From Nitrospirota bacterium (GTDB lineage: Bacteria > Nitrospirota > UBA9217), in contig CAVUHW010000022.1 of the NCBI GenBank assembly GCA_963741205.1, forward strand, positions 64,001 through 128,000: a stretch of 64,000 nucleotides of DNA. Direction: 5' to 3'. Of the stretch, positions 51,976-62,299 are shown in pieces. The translations under genes were made by a program, and so were the position numbers. The notes under the pieces were generated by a model, which searched no databases, had not been told where the DNA came from, and saw only the letters and a list, made by a program, of their open reading frames with translations. Numbering within the stretch: position 1 is the first letter of the stretch; each line of letters starts with the position of its first letter.

Positions 51976-52446
51976 ATGGAAGAAAAACTCGAGGGAATAT
52001 ATGCCCGATACCGGGAAAATGAAGGGAACCTGATCTCGATCCTCCAGGATATCGAGAGCGAGTTCGGGTATCTGCGCGAGGAAGCGATCGACTGGTTCTC
52101 GGAGCGGCTCGATGTCCCGCCGGCGAGGTTCTACGGGGTGGCCACATTCTACGCCCAGTTCCACCTCAAGCCCCGGGGGAAAAACATCATCACCGCCTGC
52201 TGCGGTACCGCGTGCCACGTCAAGGGCTCCGAGCGGCTCATCAACAGCCTGACAAGGGAACTGGCCATCCCTTCGGGCGAGGACACGTCCGAAGACCTCA
52301 AGTTCACCGTGGAAAAAGTGAACTGTGTCGGCGCCTGCAGCATCGCGCCGGTCATCATCGTGAACAAGGCGGTGCACGGCAAGATGTCTCCGGACAAGCT
52401 CATGAAGGAAATCAAGGTCCTCAAGGCTAGTGAGGCGGGGAAATAG
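51976..52446 (+). CDS. NuoE/HydC/HylC-like 2Fe-2S subunit
   Basis: GVATFY.QF, CCGTACHVKG, VNCVGACSIAP. Confidence 0.92.
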   Translation: MEEKLEGIYARYRENEGNLISILQDIESEFGYLREEAIDWFSERLDVPPARFYGVATFYAQFHLKPRGKNIITACCGTACHVKGSERLINSLTRELAIPSGEDTSEDLKFTVEKVNCVGACSIAPVIIVNKAVHGKMSPDKLMKEIKVLKASEAGK

Positions 52447-54225
52447 ATGAAGAACGATATCTCGATAAAAGTATGTATGGGCACGGGCGGGATGGCGGCC
52501 GGCGGCGAACAGGTGAAGTCAACGTTCGAGAAGGCCTTTGCGGCCGCGGGCATTGCCGCACGCGTGGAGAAGAATTGCTCCGTGCACAAAGTGGGCTGCA
52601 GGGGGTTCTGCGCCCGTGACGTGCTGGTAGACGTTATTGTAGACGGGCACAAGTCCACCTACGAGTACATCAAAGCCGACATGGTCGAGCGGATCGTGAA
52701 CGAGCATGTCATGGGCGGCGCTCCTGTCGCCGAATGGCTCGTAAAGGACGATTACCACACCTTCCACGACAAGCAGGTCAAGGTTGTTCTTTCCGACTGC
52801 GGTGAGGTGGACCCGGAAGACATCGACTCGTACATCAGCCGCGGCGGGTACGAGGCCGTCAAGAAGGTGCTCACGACCATGGCCCCGCAGGAAATCATCG
52901 AGGTCATCAAGGCATCGGGTCTTCGCGGCCGCGGAGGCGCGGGCTTCCCCACCGGGACAAAGTGGGACATGGCGATCAAAGCGCCCGGTCCCGTCAAGTA
53001 CCTTATCTGCAACGCCGACGAGGGAGACCCGGGCGCGTTCATGGACCGATCCGTGGTCGAGGGAAACCCGCACGCGGTGCTTGAGGGCATGATCATCGGC
53101 GCCTATGCCATAGGCGCGCCCTATGGATACGTGTACATCCGGGCCGAGTACCCCCTCGCAGTTGAACGCCTCCACAAGGCGATCAAGCAGGCCACGGAAC
53201 GGGGCTATCTGGGCAAGAACATCTTCGGGAAAGACTTCGAGTTCAAGATCAAGGTGAAACTCGGGGCCGGAGCCTTCGTCTGCGGAGAAGAGACGGCCCT
53301 TATTGCTTCCATCGAGGGCAAGCGCGGACAGCCGCGGGCCAAGCCGCCTTTCCCCGTCCAGAAGGGCCTCTGGGGCTATCCCACGATCATCAATAACGTG
53401 GAGACGCTCGCGAACGTTCCGTACATCATGCGCAAGGGCGCCGCTTGGTATGCGAGCATGGGCACGGAAAAGAGCAAGGGGACGAAAGTCTTCGCGCTCA
53501 CCGGCAAGATCCTGAACTCGGGCTTGATCGAGGTGCCTATGGGCATCTCGCTCAAAGAGGTCATCTACGACATCGGCGGCGGCATCGAAGGCGGCAGGAA
53601 GCTCAAGGCCGTCCAGACCGGCGGCCCATCCGGCGGATGCATCCCCTCCTCCATCATCGACACCACCCTGGATTATGAGTCGCTCGGCAAGGTCGGCTCC
53701 ATCATGGGCTCGGGTGGCATGGTGGTCCTGGACGAGACAGACTGCATGGTGAACGTGGCCAAGTACTTCCTGCAGTTCACGCAGTCGGAATCCTGCGGAA
53801 AATGCGTGCCGTGCAGGATTGGCACCAAGCGTCTTCTCGAAATCCTGACGCGGATCACTCAAGGCAAGGGCAGGGAAGGCGACATCGACCTTCTCCAAAC
53901 TCTCGCCAGCGACGTGAAGACCTCGTCGCTCTGCGGACTCGGCCAGAGCGCGCCGAATCCGGTTCTCTCCACGATCAAATATTTCCGCGACGAGTACGAC
54001 GCGCATATCTACGAACACCGCTGCCCGGCGGGCGTGTGCAAGGACCTGCTCACCTATTCCATCCTTGAGGAGTTCTGCAAGGGCTGCACCCTCTGCACGC
54101 GGGTCTGTCCCGCTGGCGCCATCATGGGTGAGAAAAAGAAGCCGCATAAGATCGTGCAGGACCTCTGCATCAAATGCGGCGCCTGCTTCGAAACGTGCAA
54201 GTTCAAAGCGATCAAAAAAGGGTAA
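52447..54225 (+). CDS. NuoF/HydB/HylB-like FMN-NAD subunit with C-terminal 2x[4Fe-4S]
   Basis: SGLRGRGGAGFPTG, CNADEGDPGAFMDR, GAFVCGEETAL, GGPSGG, ESCGKCVPCR, two CxxCxxCxxxC. Confidence 0.93.
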   Translation: MKNDISIKVCMGTGGMAAGGEQVKSTFEKAFAAAGIAARVEKNCSVHKVGCRGFCARDVLVDVIVDGHKSTYEYIKADMVERIVNEHVMGGAPVAEWLVKDDYHTFHDKQVKVVLSDCGEVDPEDIDSYISRGGYEAVKKVLTTMAPQEIIEVIKASGLRGRGGAGFPTGTKWDMAIKAPGPVKYLICNADEGDPGAFMDRSVVEGNPHAVLEGMIIGAYAIGAPYGYVYIRAEYPLAVERLHKAIKQATERGYLGKNIFGKDFEFKIKVKLGAGAFVCGEETALIASIEGKRGQPRAKPPFPVQKGLWGYPTIINNVETLANVPYIMRKGAAWYASMGTEKSKGTKVFALTGKILNSGLIEVPMGISLKEVIYDIGGGIEGGRKLKAVQTGGPSGGCIPSSIIDTTLDYESLGKVGSIMGSGGMVVLDETDCMVNVAKYFLQFTQSESCGKCVPCRIGTKRLLEILTRITQGKGREGDIDLLQTLASDVKTSSLCGLGQSAPNPVLSTIKYFRDEYDAHIYEHRCPAGVCKDLLTYSILEEFCKGCTLCTRVCPAGAIMGEKKKPHKIVQDLCIKCGACFETCKFKAIKKG

Positions 54226-54227
54226 CC

Positions 54228-56904
54228 ATGTTAAAACTCATCATTAACAACAAACACATAACCGCGCCGATGGGCGTAACCATCCTCGAGGCCGCACGGC
54301 GCAACGACATCCACATTCCCACGCTCTGCGACGACCCGCGGCTTGAACCCCACGGCGGATGCAGGCTTTGCCTGGTCCAGGTCAAGGGCATGCCCCGTCC
54401 GGTGACGGCATGCACGACGCCGGCGACCGATGGCATGGACGTGGAAACGTCGAACGAGCTGATCGAGCGCCAGCGACGAACCATTGTCGAACTGCTCCTT
54501 TCCGACCATCCCGAACGACTGCATGGTCTGCGAGCGGGCAGGGGACTGTACACTCCAGGAACTGGCCTACTTCTACGACCTCCGTGCGAACCGCTTCTGG
54601 GGCCAGCGGCGCCAGTACACCAAAAAGGACATGAACCCCTTTATCGAACGGGACATGGAGAAGTGCGTCCTGTGCGGCAAGTGCGTCCGGGTCTGCGACG
54701 AGATCCAGGGCCTCGGAGCGATCGACATCTCCGGCAGGGGATTCACCGCCAAGGTGACGCCGGCCTTCGAAAAGGACCTGGACTGCGAATTCTGCGGCCA
54801 GTGCGTCAGCATCTGCCCGACCGGCGCGCTCATCTCCAAGCAGGCCCTGGGCAAGGGCAGGGAAAAGGACGTGAAGGAAGTCGAGACCATCTGCTCCTAC
54901 TGCGGATGCGGATGCAACCTCACCCTGCACGTCTCCAGGAATGAAGTGGTGCGCGTCACCTCGCGCCGTGACACGATCAACGAAGGCTGGCTCTGCGTCA
55001 AGGGGAGGTTCGGCCAGGGCTTCCTCAACAGCCCGGACCGGCTCACGACGCCGCTCATCAGGAAGGACGGCGCGCTCGTACCCGCCTCCTGGGACGAGGC
55101 ATTCGGCCTACATCGCCGAGAAGCTTGCCGCCATCAAGAAGAAGCACGGTCCCGATGCAATCGGCGGCCTCTCCTCGGCACGTTGCACCAACGAGGAAAA
55201 CTACCTATTCCAGAAATTCATGCGCGCGGGCATTGGCACGAACAATGTCGACCACTGCGCACGCTACTGACACAGCACGACTGTGGCCGGTCTGGCCACC
55301 GTATTCGGTTCCGGGGCAATGACGAATTCGATCGCGGAGATCGAGAACAACGATGTGCTGTTCGTCATCGGCTCCAATACCAAGGAGAACCATCCCATTG
55401 TCGCGCTCCGGATGATCAAGGCGAAGAGGAAGGGCGCGAAGATCATCATCGCCGATCCGCGGCGCGTGCCTCTGGTCCGCTTCGCCGACATCTGGATGCA
55501 GCACAAACCCGGAACGGACGTGGCGCTCTTAAACGGGATGATGCACGTGATCATGAAGGAGGGCCTCGAGGACAAGGACTTCATCGCGTCCCTGACCGAG
55601 GGCTTTGACGACGCGTTCAGAAAGAACATCGAGGAGTTCACACCCGAGGCCGCCTCGAAGATCACCGGCGTCCCTGCGGAAACCATCGTGAAAGCCGCAC
55701 GGATGTACGGCGAGTCCGACAAGGCCGGCATCTACTACACCATGGGGATCACCCAGCATGCCCACGGCACGGAGAACGTATTCTCTATCGCCAACCTCGC
55801 GCTGATGACCGGAAACCTGGGCAAGGAAAGCGCGGGAGTCAACCCGCTACGCGGCCAGAACAACGTCCAGGGCTCCACGGACATGGGGTGCAGCCCCAAC
55901 AACTATCCCGGATACCAGAAGGTGAGCCTCCCGGAGAACCAGGCGGAAGTTCGAGGAGCTGTGGAAGGTGAAACTTTCGACCCAACGAAGGGATCACCGC
56001 GTCCGGAGATGCTCGACGCGGCGGAAAAGGGGACGTTCAAGGCCCTGTACATCATGGGCGAGAACCCCGTCGTCTGCGACCCGAACATGGCGCACACCAT
56101 CAAAGCGCTCAAGGCGCTCGAATTTCTGGTGGTCCAGGACATCTTCATGACTGAGACCGCCGAGCTGGCCCACGTGGTCCTGCCTGCCACGGCCTTCGCC
56201 GAGAAGGATGGCACGTTCACGAACACCGAACGCCGCGTGCAGCGCGTCGGCACGCCGTAAACCCCCCGGGGGAGGCCAAGGGGGATTGCAGATCATCATG
56301 GAGCTTTCCAGGCGGATGGGCTATGAGATGAGCTACGCCCACACGGTAGAGGTGTTCCGCGAGATCTGCCGGGCATGGCCTGCCATGGAGGGCATGAGCT
56401 ACGCGAGGCTGCAGGACGGGGGCCTCCAGTGGCCCTGCCCGCACCCGACCATCCGGGAACGCCGTATCTGTTCAAGGGCGGGTTCCCGCGCGGGAAAGGC
56501 AGGTTCACCTCGTCACATACAAGCCGTCCATCGAACAAACGGACACAGAATATCCCTTCCTCCTGACCACGGGCGGCAGCTGTTCCAGTATCACACCGGC
56601 AGCATGACGAGGCGCGTGAAAGCGATCGACACGGTGTCGCCCGAGGCGTTATGTCGAGATCAATCCGGCGGACGCGAAGGCCCTGTCCCTTGCGAGGGAG
56701 GCTCGAAGGTCAAAGTGAGCTCGCGGCGCGGGTCCATCACTGTGAAAGCACGTGGTTTCCAAGCGGCCGGCAAAGGGCGTGGTATTCATCCCCTTCCATT
56801 TCAAGGAAGCGGCGGCCAACATGCTGACGAGCAACACCTCGCTCGATCCTATAGCAAAGATCCCCTCCTTCAAGGTTTCCGCAGTTCGGATCGAAAAGGC
56901 GTAA
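54228..56904 (+). CDS. fdhA: Selenocysteine formate dehydrogenase alpha subunit with NuoG-like N-terminus (several frameshifts)
   Basis: [65 protein letters not shown]. Confidence 0.9.
55268..55310 (+). promoter_or_regulatory. In-frame UGA (Sec) codon with a bacterial SECIS
   Basis: TGA 55268-55270 at the Mo/W-ligand position; hairpin GTGGCC-GGTCT-GGCCAC at 55283-55299, placed as in the E. coli fdhF SECIS. Confidence 0.88.
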
Positions 56905-56996
56905 TCACGGATTACGCGGAGACGTTCGGAGTCTCAAAGATAGTATTTCAATGTGAGCCACACGAGGCCCGCATATTAAAAAAAGGAGGAATTGCT

Positions 56997-58762
56997 ATGC
57001 CCTATGATGCAACGAAGTTAGCCGACTGGCAGATTTCCGAAGAAGCGGAAAAGAAAATGCCCACGCCGGAACAGTGGCGCGAGAAACTGGGCCTGCAAAA
57101 GGACGAGATGCTGCCCATGGGCCGCCTGTCCAAGATCGACTTTCTCAAGGTCATCAACCGCCTCAAGAACAAGCCTGACGGCAAGTACATCGAGGTGACC
57201 GCCATCACCCCGACCCCTCTGGGCGAAGGCAAAAGCACCACCTCGTGCGGTCTGATGGAAGGCCTGGGCAAGCGCGGTGTGAACGTCGGCGGGGCGCTGC
57301 GCCAGCCTTCCGGCGGTCCCACCATGAACGTCAAGGGCACCGCGGCCGGCGGCGGCAACTCCCTGCTGATCCCCATGACCGAGTTCTCACTGGGCCTCAC
57401 CGGCGACATCAACGACATCATGAACGCCCACAACCTGGCCATGGTGGCGATGACCTCCCGCATGCAGCACGAGCGCAACTACAACGACGAGCAGCTGGCG
57501 CGTCTCACCAAGATGAGGCGTCTCGACATCGACCCCACCCGCGTGGAGATGGGGTGGATCATGGACTTCTGCGCCCAGAGCCTCCGCAATATCATCATCG
57601 GCATCGGCGGCCGGACGGACGGCTTCATGATGCAGTCCAAGTTCGGCATCGCTGTCGGCTCCGAGTGCATGGCCATCCTGTCCATAGCCAAAGACCTCGC
57701 GGACCTGAAGCAGCGCCTGAACAACATCACCGTTGCCTTCGACAAAAGCGGCAAACCGGTTACCACCGGCGATCTGGAAGTCGGCAACGCCATGGCCGCC
57801 TTCATGCGCAATACCATCAACCCCACCCTCATGTGCACGGCCGAATACAACCCCTGCTTCGTCCATGCCGGGCCGTTCGCCAATATCGCCGTCGGCCAGT
57901 CATCCATCATCGCCGACCGCGTCGGCCTGAAGCTGTTCGACTACCATGTGACCGAGTCCGGCTTTGCGGCCGACATCGGCTTTGAGAAGTTCTGGAACGT
58001 CAAGTGCCGTTTCAGCGGCCTGAAACCCCACGTTTCGGTGCTCACCACCACCGTCCGCGCCCTGAAGATGCACGGCGGCGGCCCCAAGGTCGTGGCCGGC
58101 AAGGCCCTGCCCGAAGAGTACACCAAGGAGAATGTGGGCCTGGTTGAAAAGGGCTGCGCCAACATGGTCCACATGATCAACGTCATCCGCAAGTCCGGCA
58201 TAAACCCGGTGGTCTGCATCAACCGTTTTTACACCGACACCGAATGCCGAAGTGGCCGCTGTCAAGAAGGCCGCCGAAGCAGCCGGCGCCCGCTGCGCCG
58301 AATCCCAGCACTGGCTCAAGGGCGGCGAGGGGGCACTGGAACTGGCCGACGCGGTCATCGACGCCTGCAACGAGAAGAACGATTTCAAGTTCCTCTACCC
58401 GCTGGAGATGAAGCTGCGCGACCGCGTGGCGCTAATCGCCAAGGAAGTGTACGGCGCCGACGGCGTTTCCTGGCTGCCCGAAGCTGAAGCCAAGGCCAAG
58501 ATGCTGGAAGACGATCCCAAGTACGCCGACTACGCCACCATGATGGTCAAGACCCATCTGAGCCTCACCCACGATCCGACCGCTCAAGGGAGTGCCCAAG
58601 GGCTGGACGCTGCCCATCAGGGACGTCCTGATCTACTCGGGCGCCAAGTTCCTGTGCCCGTGCGCAGGGACGATCAGCCTCATGCCCGGAACGAGCTCCA
58701 ACCCGGCATTCCGCCGCGTGGACGTGGATGTAAACACCGGCAAGGTCTCAGGGCTGTTCTAA
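56997..58762 (+). CDS. fhs: Formate-tetrahydrofolate ligase (frameshifts ~58245, ~58585)
   Basis: [48 protein letters not shown]; AGGAGG RBS. Confidence 0.95.
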
Positions 58763-58779
58763 AAAGGTTTAAAAAAAGC

Positions 58780-58820
58780 AAAAGCCTCCAGATATTCCTT
58801 CTGGAGGCTTTTGTGTTTTT
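58780..58820 (+). terminator. Terminator closing the Wood-Ljungdahl cluster
   Basis: AAAAGCCTCCAGA...TCTGGAGGCTTTT followed by T-rich sequence. Confidence 0.85.
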
Positions 58821-59102
58821 AAAGGGTTTTTCTGAGTCTTCATTCCTTTCGATAAAATCGATATCCCCGCTGGTCCTAAAAGTGTTGTTACATAACAAGC
58901 CATGCAGTCCAAAGTCATAGGATGTTCGTATTTTGGGGTGATGATACTTCATAGCATAGTATTAATATAGTCGCACGATTTATGTCTATCTTGACATTAA
59001 GGACGGTAAGTTTTAATTTATTTATAGGGCTGTTGAAGCAGTCAAATTTCTCGATTGCTCGCGAATAGATTCAAGGAGCAGCCCTGAAGGGAAGTGAAGA
59101 TA

Positions 59103-59426
59103 ATGTCAACCAAGACGGGTAAAATCATCCTGACGTTCGGGATCATCGTCGCATCGCTGTTGATCGGAATGACGATCATCATGAGTGGCAGCGCGTTTGC
59201 GGCGGTTGCAGTACCGAACGCAGGTGTTGTTCAGCCGCCGATCAACCAGCCGTTAGCGCCCAGAGTGGCGCCGGGGCCCATCATCGCGCCGAGGCCGGCT
59301 GTTGAATCACGGCCGTTCTTTGCACCGCAGCCGTTTGAACAACCATTCTTCCCGGGCTTCAATCCGTTCTTCTTCAATGAGGGGTTGAATCCATTTTTCT
59401 TCAATGAGGAGGGATTTGTTGACTGA
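59103..59426 (+). CDS. Small secreted Pro/Phe-rich low-complexity protein
   Basis: Signal peptide (..SAFA); repeats FNPFFFNEG and LNPFFFNEEG; own promoter and terminator. Confidence 0.7.
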   Translation: MSTKTGKIILTFGIIVASLLIGMTIIMSGSAFAAVAVPNAGVVQPPINQPLAPRVAPGPIIAPRPAVESRPFFAPQPFEQPFFPGFNPFFFNEGLNPFFFNEEGFVD

Positions 59427-59457
59427 GACTAAACGGTTAAGAACGGGAGAATCATAG

Positions 59458-59488
59458 AGAGGATGGCGGAAACGCCATCCTCTTTTTT
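59458..59488 (+). terminator. Intrinsic terminator
   Basis: AGAGGATGGCG-GAAA-CGCCATCCTCT followed by a T-tract. Confidence 0.88.
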
Positions 59489-59560
59489 GCGCTTCATATT
59501 TTCTGCAAGCATTTTTCCGGTCCAATCATGGCGGCACCGTTATCCGGCAGATGGAAACGT

Positions 59561-59950
59561 CTATAAGCCGATAGACTTCATAACGGTAATTCCAGCCGCC
59601 AGCATTGCGAACCAGAGGGCCAAGTCGAAGACTGCGGCTTCCGCGTCAAGCCTGCCGTTGTGATATACCACGGCATGCTTCAAGGGACCGGGCGTCCGAA
59701 CCGAAAGGACCGCGGACGCTAAGAAAACTCCTCCGAAAACGATCAAAGTCAGGGCCGCCACCCAAGCTGTTTTTAACCCGCCCGCGAGCGCCGGAAACAG
59801 CCAATTATCCGCCGCCCATGCCAGGGCCATGAGCACAGCGAAAAAACCGATGAACGCCTCGCCCTTTCTATTCTCGGGGATGCGCTCCGAAAAAAGCGCT
59901 GTTAATACTGTAGAAACCGTCAGCGCAAAAAGCAGATACACGAGTAGCAT
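59561..59950 (-). CDS. Hypothetical four-TM membrane protein
   Basis: Four hydrophobic segments; GAGGTG RBS. Confidence 0.65.
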   Translation of the reverse strand: MLLVYLLFALTVSTVLTALFSERIPENRKGEAFIGFFAVLMALAWAADNWLFPALAGGLKTAWVAALTLIVFGGVFLASAVLSVRTPGPLKHAVVYHNGRLDAEAAVFDLALWFAMLAAGITVMKSIGL

Positions 59951-60236
59951 CTTAATCACCTCGCCTTCGCGACAAGCATGATGTCGCATGAAGAGGGTCG
60001 CGTTGACCTCCTTCTATTCATATTGTAGCACCCCGCATCAGGCATAGCCGCTCGCGGTGCAGGACTAATCATCTGGTCGTTACGGCAAGAAAATTTGCAA
60101 CGGACTCTTCTCCGGTAATCCTTTTCGCCTAGCCACGTGTTGCCAAATTTCGTAACCCGTAATATATTTAAAACAGGAAGCAAGGAACCCTGCTATTGCA
60201 TGGTCGGATATCTCACAAAGAAGGGAGGCGCAGATT

Positions 60237-60635
60237 ATGGCACCAAGAGCGACGAGAACTGCAACTCAAACGGCAAAGGCAACGGACCTTCTCACCGTGA
60301 TTGTCGCTGTCATGGTAACCGCGCTTTTCATCATATCCATCGCAAGCATCGCAAGGGCGGGGGAAAGCATGCAGGGAAATGCAGAAACCCTTAACGGAAA
60401 GATTACGGCGGTCGACACATTTCACCAAATGAAAAGCCTGACGCTGCAATCGCATGAACTTGGTAAAACAATCCCGGATGACGAATTGAACATCTTCGTA
60501 AGCGGTCAGACGACTGTGAAGGTGTGCGATGCAGACAAGCCGTTAGAAGTCATCAAGGTCGGAAGCAACGTGGAGGTAACCTATTATGAGCTGGCAGGCA
60601 TAGCTGTCGCCAGCTTCATTTACGCGCCCTGCTGA
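60237..60635 (+). CDS. Exported hypothetical protein (small beta-barrel)
   Basis: GGAGG RBS; signal/TM segment; GKITAVD..IKVGSNVEVTY. Confidence 0.65.
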   Translation: MAPRATRTATQTAKATDLLTVIVAVMVTALFIISIASIARAGESMQGNAETLNGKITAVDTFHQMKSLTLQSHELGKTIPDDELNIFVSGQTTVKVCDADKPLEVIKVGSNVEVTYYELAGIAVASFIYAPC

Positions 60636-60651
60636 TCCGGTTTAGTGATCC

Positions 60652-60682
60652 TAAAAAGCGCCGCATCCTGCGGCGCTCTTTA
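60652..60682. terminator. Bidirectional terminator
   Basis: AGCGCCGCA-tcc-TGCGGCGCT between convergent genes. Confidence 0.65.
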
Positions 60683-60749
60683 GAGAGGGCATGCGCGCGG
60701 AGGGAAGATAACATGCCGGATGATCTTCTTCCGGGCCGAGCAAATTGGA

Positions 60750-61088
60750 TCAGTGCCATCTCGGCAACTGCTTTTTTAAATCAGCGCCATACTGCGCCAG
60801 GAGGTGGACGCGTTGAAGGAGTATTTCCTTCGCCGTCTCGTAGAATGGCCTTGCCTCTTCCACATGGATTTTTCTGTCCCTGAATGTGGCTCCGTTAAAA
60901 CAATTGACTGCCCGGAAGGCATCCACATCGAGAGACATTTCCACGTACCCCGCGCATTTGGGACGCCGCGTGATCAGATCGGTCTCCAGTTTAACGGATT
61001 CGACGGCCCCGATCTGTGAAAAGATGTCCTCCAGCCTGTCTTCGGTTATGTCGCAGGGAAGATTTTCTACATAGACTTTCGCCGCCAT
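60750..61088 (-). CDS. RRM (RNP-1) RNA-binding protein
   Basis: KVYVENLP, GYVEMS, FNG..F.DRKIHVEEARP. Confidence 0.85.
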   Translation of the reverse strand: MAAKVYVENLPCDITEDRLEDIFSQIGAVESVKLETDLITRRPKCAGYVEMSLDVDAFRAVNCFNGATFRDRKIHVEEARPFYETAKEILLQRVHLLAQYGADLKKQLPRWH

Positions 61089-61170
61089 GTGCTCTACCTC
61101 GCCATTTTGAGTTTTGAATACGCTTCATGAAAGAGGGGGTTCAATTTTTCCGGTGTTCATACGTTTCCGG

Positions 61171-61808
61171 CTACCGACGGAAGAGTACGCGATCCATGTA
61201 GATCGTTCCTCCTCCCACGCTTTTCTGATTATGGGAGCCTGTCAACGTCTTTCCGTCCCCGGAAAGGATGAGATCGTAAGTTTCCGTCTTCCAGTACCCG
61301 ACAACCGATTTCATTTTCCACCGGAGCTGCAACTTCAGGTTCCTGTCGTTGATTTCGAACTGGGTTACGCTTGCATAGCTGTCGGCGGCTCGTTTCGGCG
61401 GTGCAAGGACGAAGTCGCCGCTCGCGTTTTTGCTTATTTCGAACGCTTCAATGGTAAACTCTTCCCCGCGGAGAACATCCTTGAAATACCAGGATCCGAC
61501 AAAGTTCTGCAGATTAGATTTTTTTTCGTCCGGCATCTTGATGATGCCCTGCTGGTTTTCGCCGGGCTCCATTTCCGGCGACGGCTTGCCGGCCATCCTC
61601 TGCGATCTGCCGGCGCCGACCGTTGGCGCCGACGGGCTCTTGCCCGCTTTAAGGTCTTCTGCTTCGGCCGCAAGAGCGTAGATCGAGTTCTTGATATCCC
61701 GATGCTGCGCTTCGGGAGGCCACCGGATTCTTTCTGCGCAGCGAAGCCCGGTGCGGACAATGACATCATCAGCGCGGCGGTCAACAGCGTGCGCGTCGCA
61801 TAAGCCAT
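61171..61808 (-). CDS. Secreted hypothetical protein (frameshift ~61720)
   Basis: Signal peptide MAYATRTLLTAALMMSLSAPGFAA after AGGAG; body continues in ORF 61171..61854. Confidence 0.6.
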
Positions 61809-62003
61809 GTATAACTCCTTGCTGTTTGCTCTCGGAGCGCCGCGCGCGAGGCATCGGCGGACGGGCGTAACACCTTGATTTCTAGATTAAATAATGATAA
61901 AGCCTCGCGACCATATTATAGGAAACCATGTTAAGAGTCAAGAAGGTTTCCTCTTCATTTTTCAACTTGTCTAAAACAAGATGATACGTTAATATACAAA
62001 ATT

Positions 62004-62282
62004 ATGAATATCTGCCATTCCTGCAATAAGGCGTTGACAATCGGCCGGAGCGTAGGAAGAAGGGATGCCTGTCCCTCCTGCGGGGCCGACCTGCGCTGCT
62101 GCCTCAATTGCAGATTCCACGATCCTGCTGTCTCGAAACAGTGCCGGGAAACCGTTGCGGAGCTGGTGAAGGAAAAAGCAAAAGCCAATTTTTGCGATTA
62201 TTTCGTGTTCGCCGACAGGTCGAGCGTCAAAGGCAATGCCGATGAAGCGCGCCGCGCGCTCAACGATCTCTTCAAGAATTAA
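62004..62282 (+). CDS. Small Cys-rich, probably Zn-binding conserved protein
   Basis: CHSC, CPSC, CCLNC, C..NFCDYF. Confidence 0.75.
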   Translation: MNICHSCNKALTIGRSVGRRDACPSCGADLRCCLNCRFHDPAVSKQCRETVAELVKEKAKANFCDYFVFADRSSVKGNADEARRALNDLFKN

Positions 62283-62299
62283 CGGGTGCGGATGCCGGG

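Noticed and set aside
56208-58487. 759-aa ORF suggesting an FdhA-Fhs fusion
   Set aside because: The upstream part is mostly out-of-frame fdhA created by indels; fdhA has its own TAA at 56904 and fhs has its own AGGAGG-ATG at 56997.
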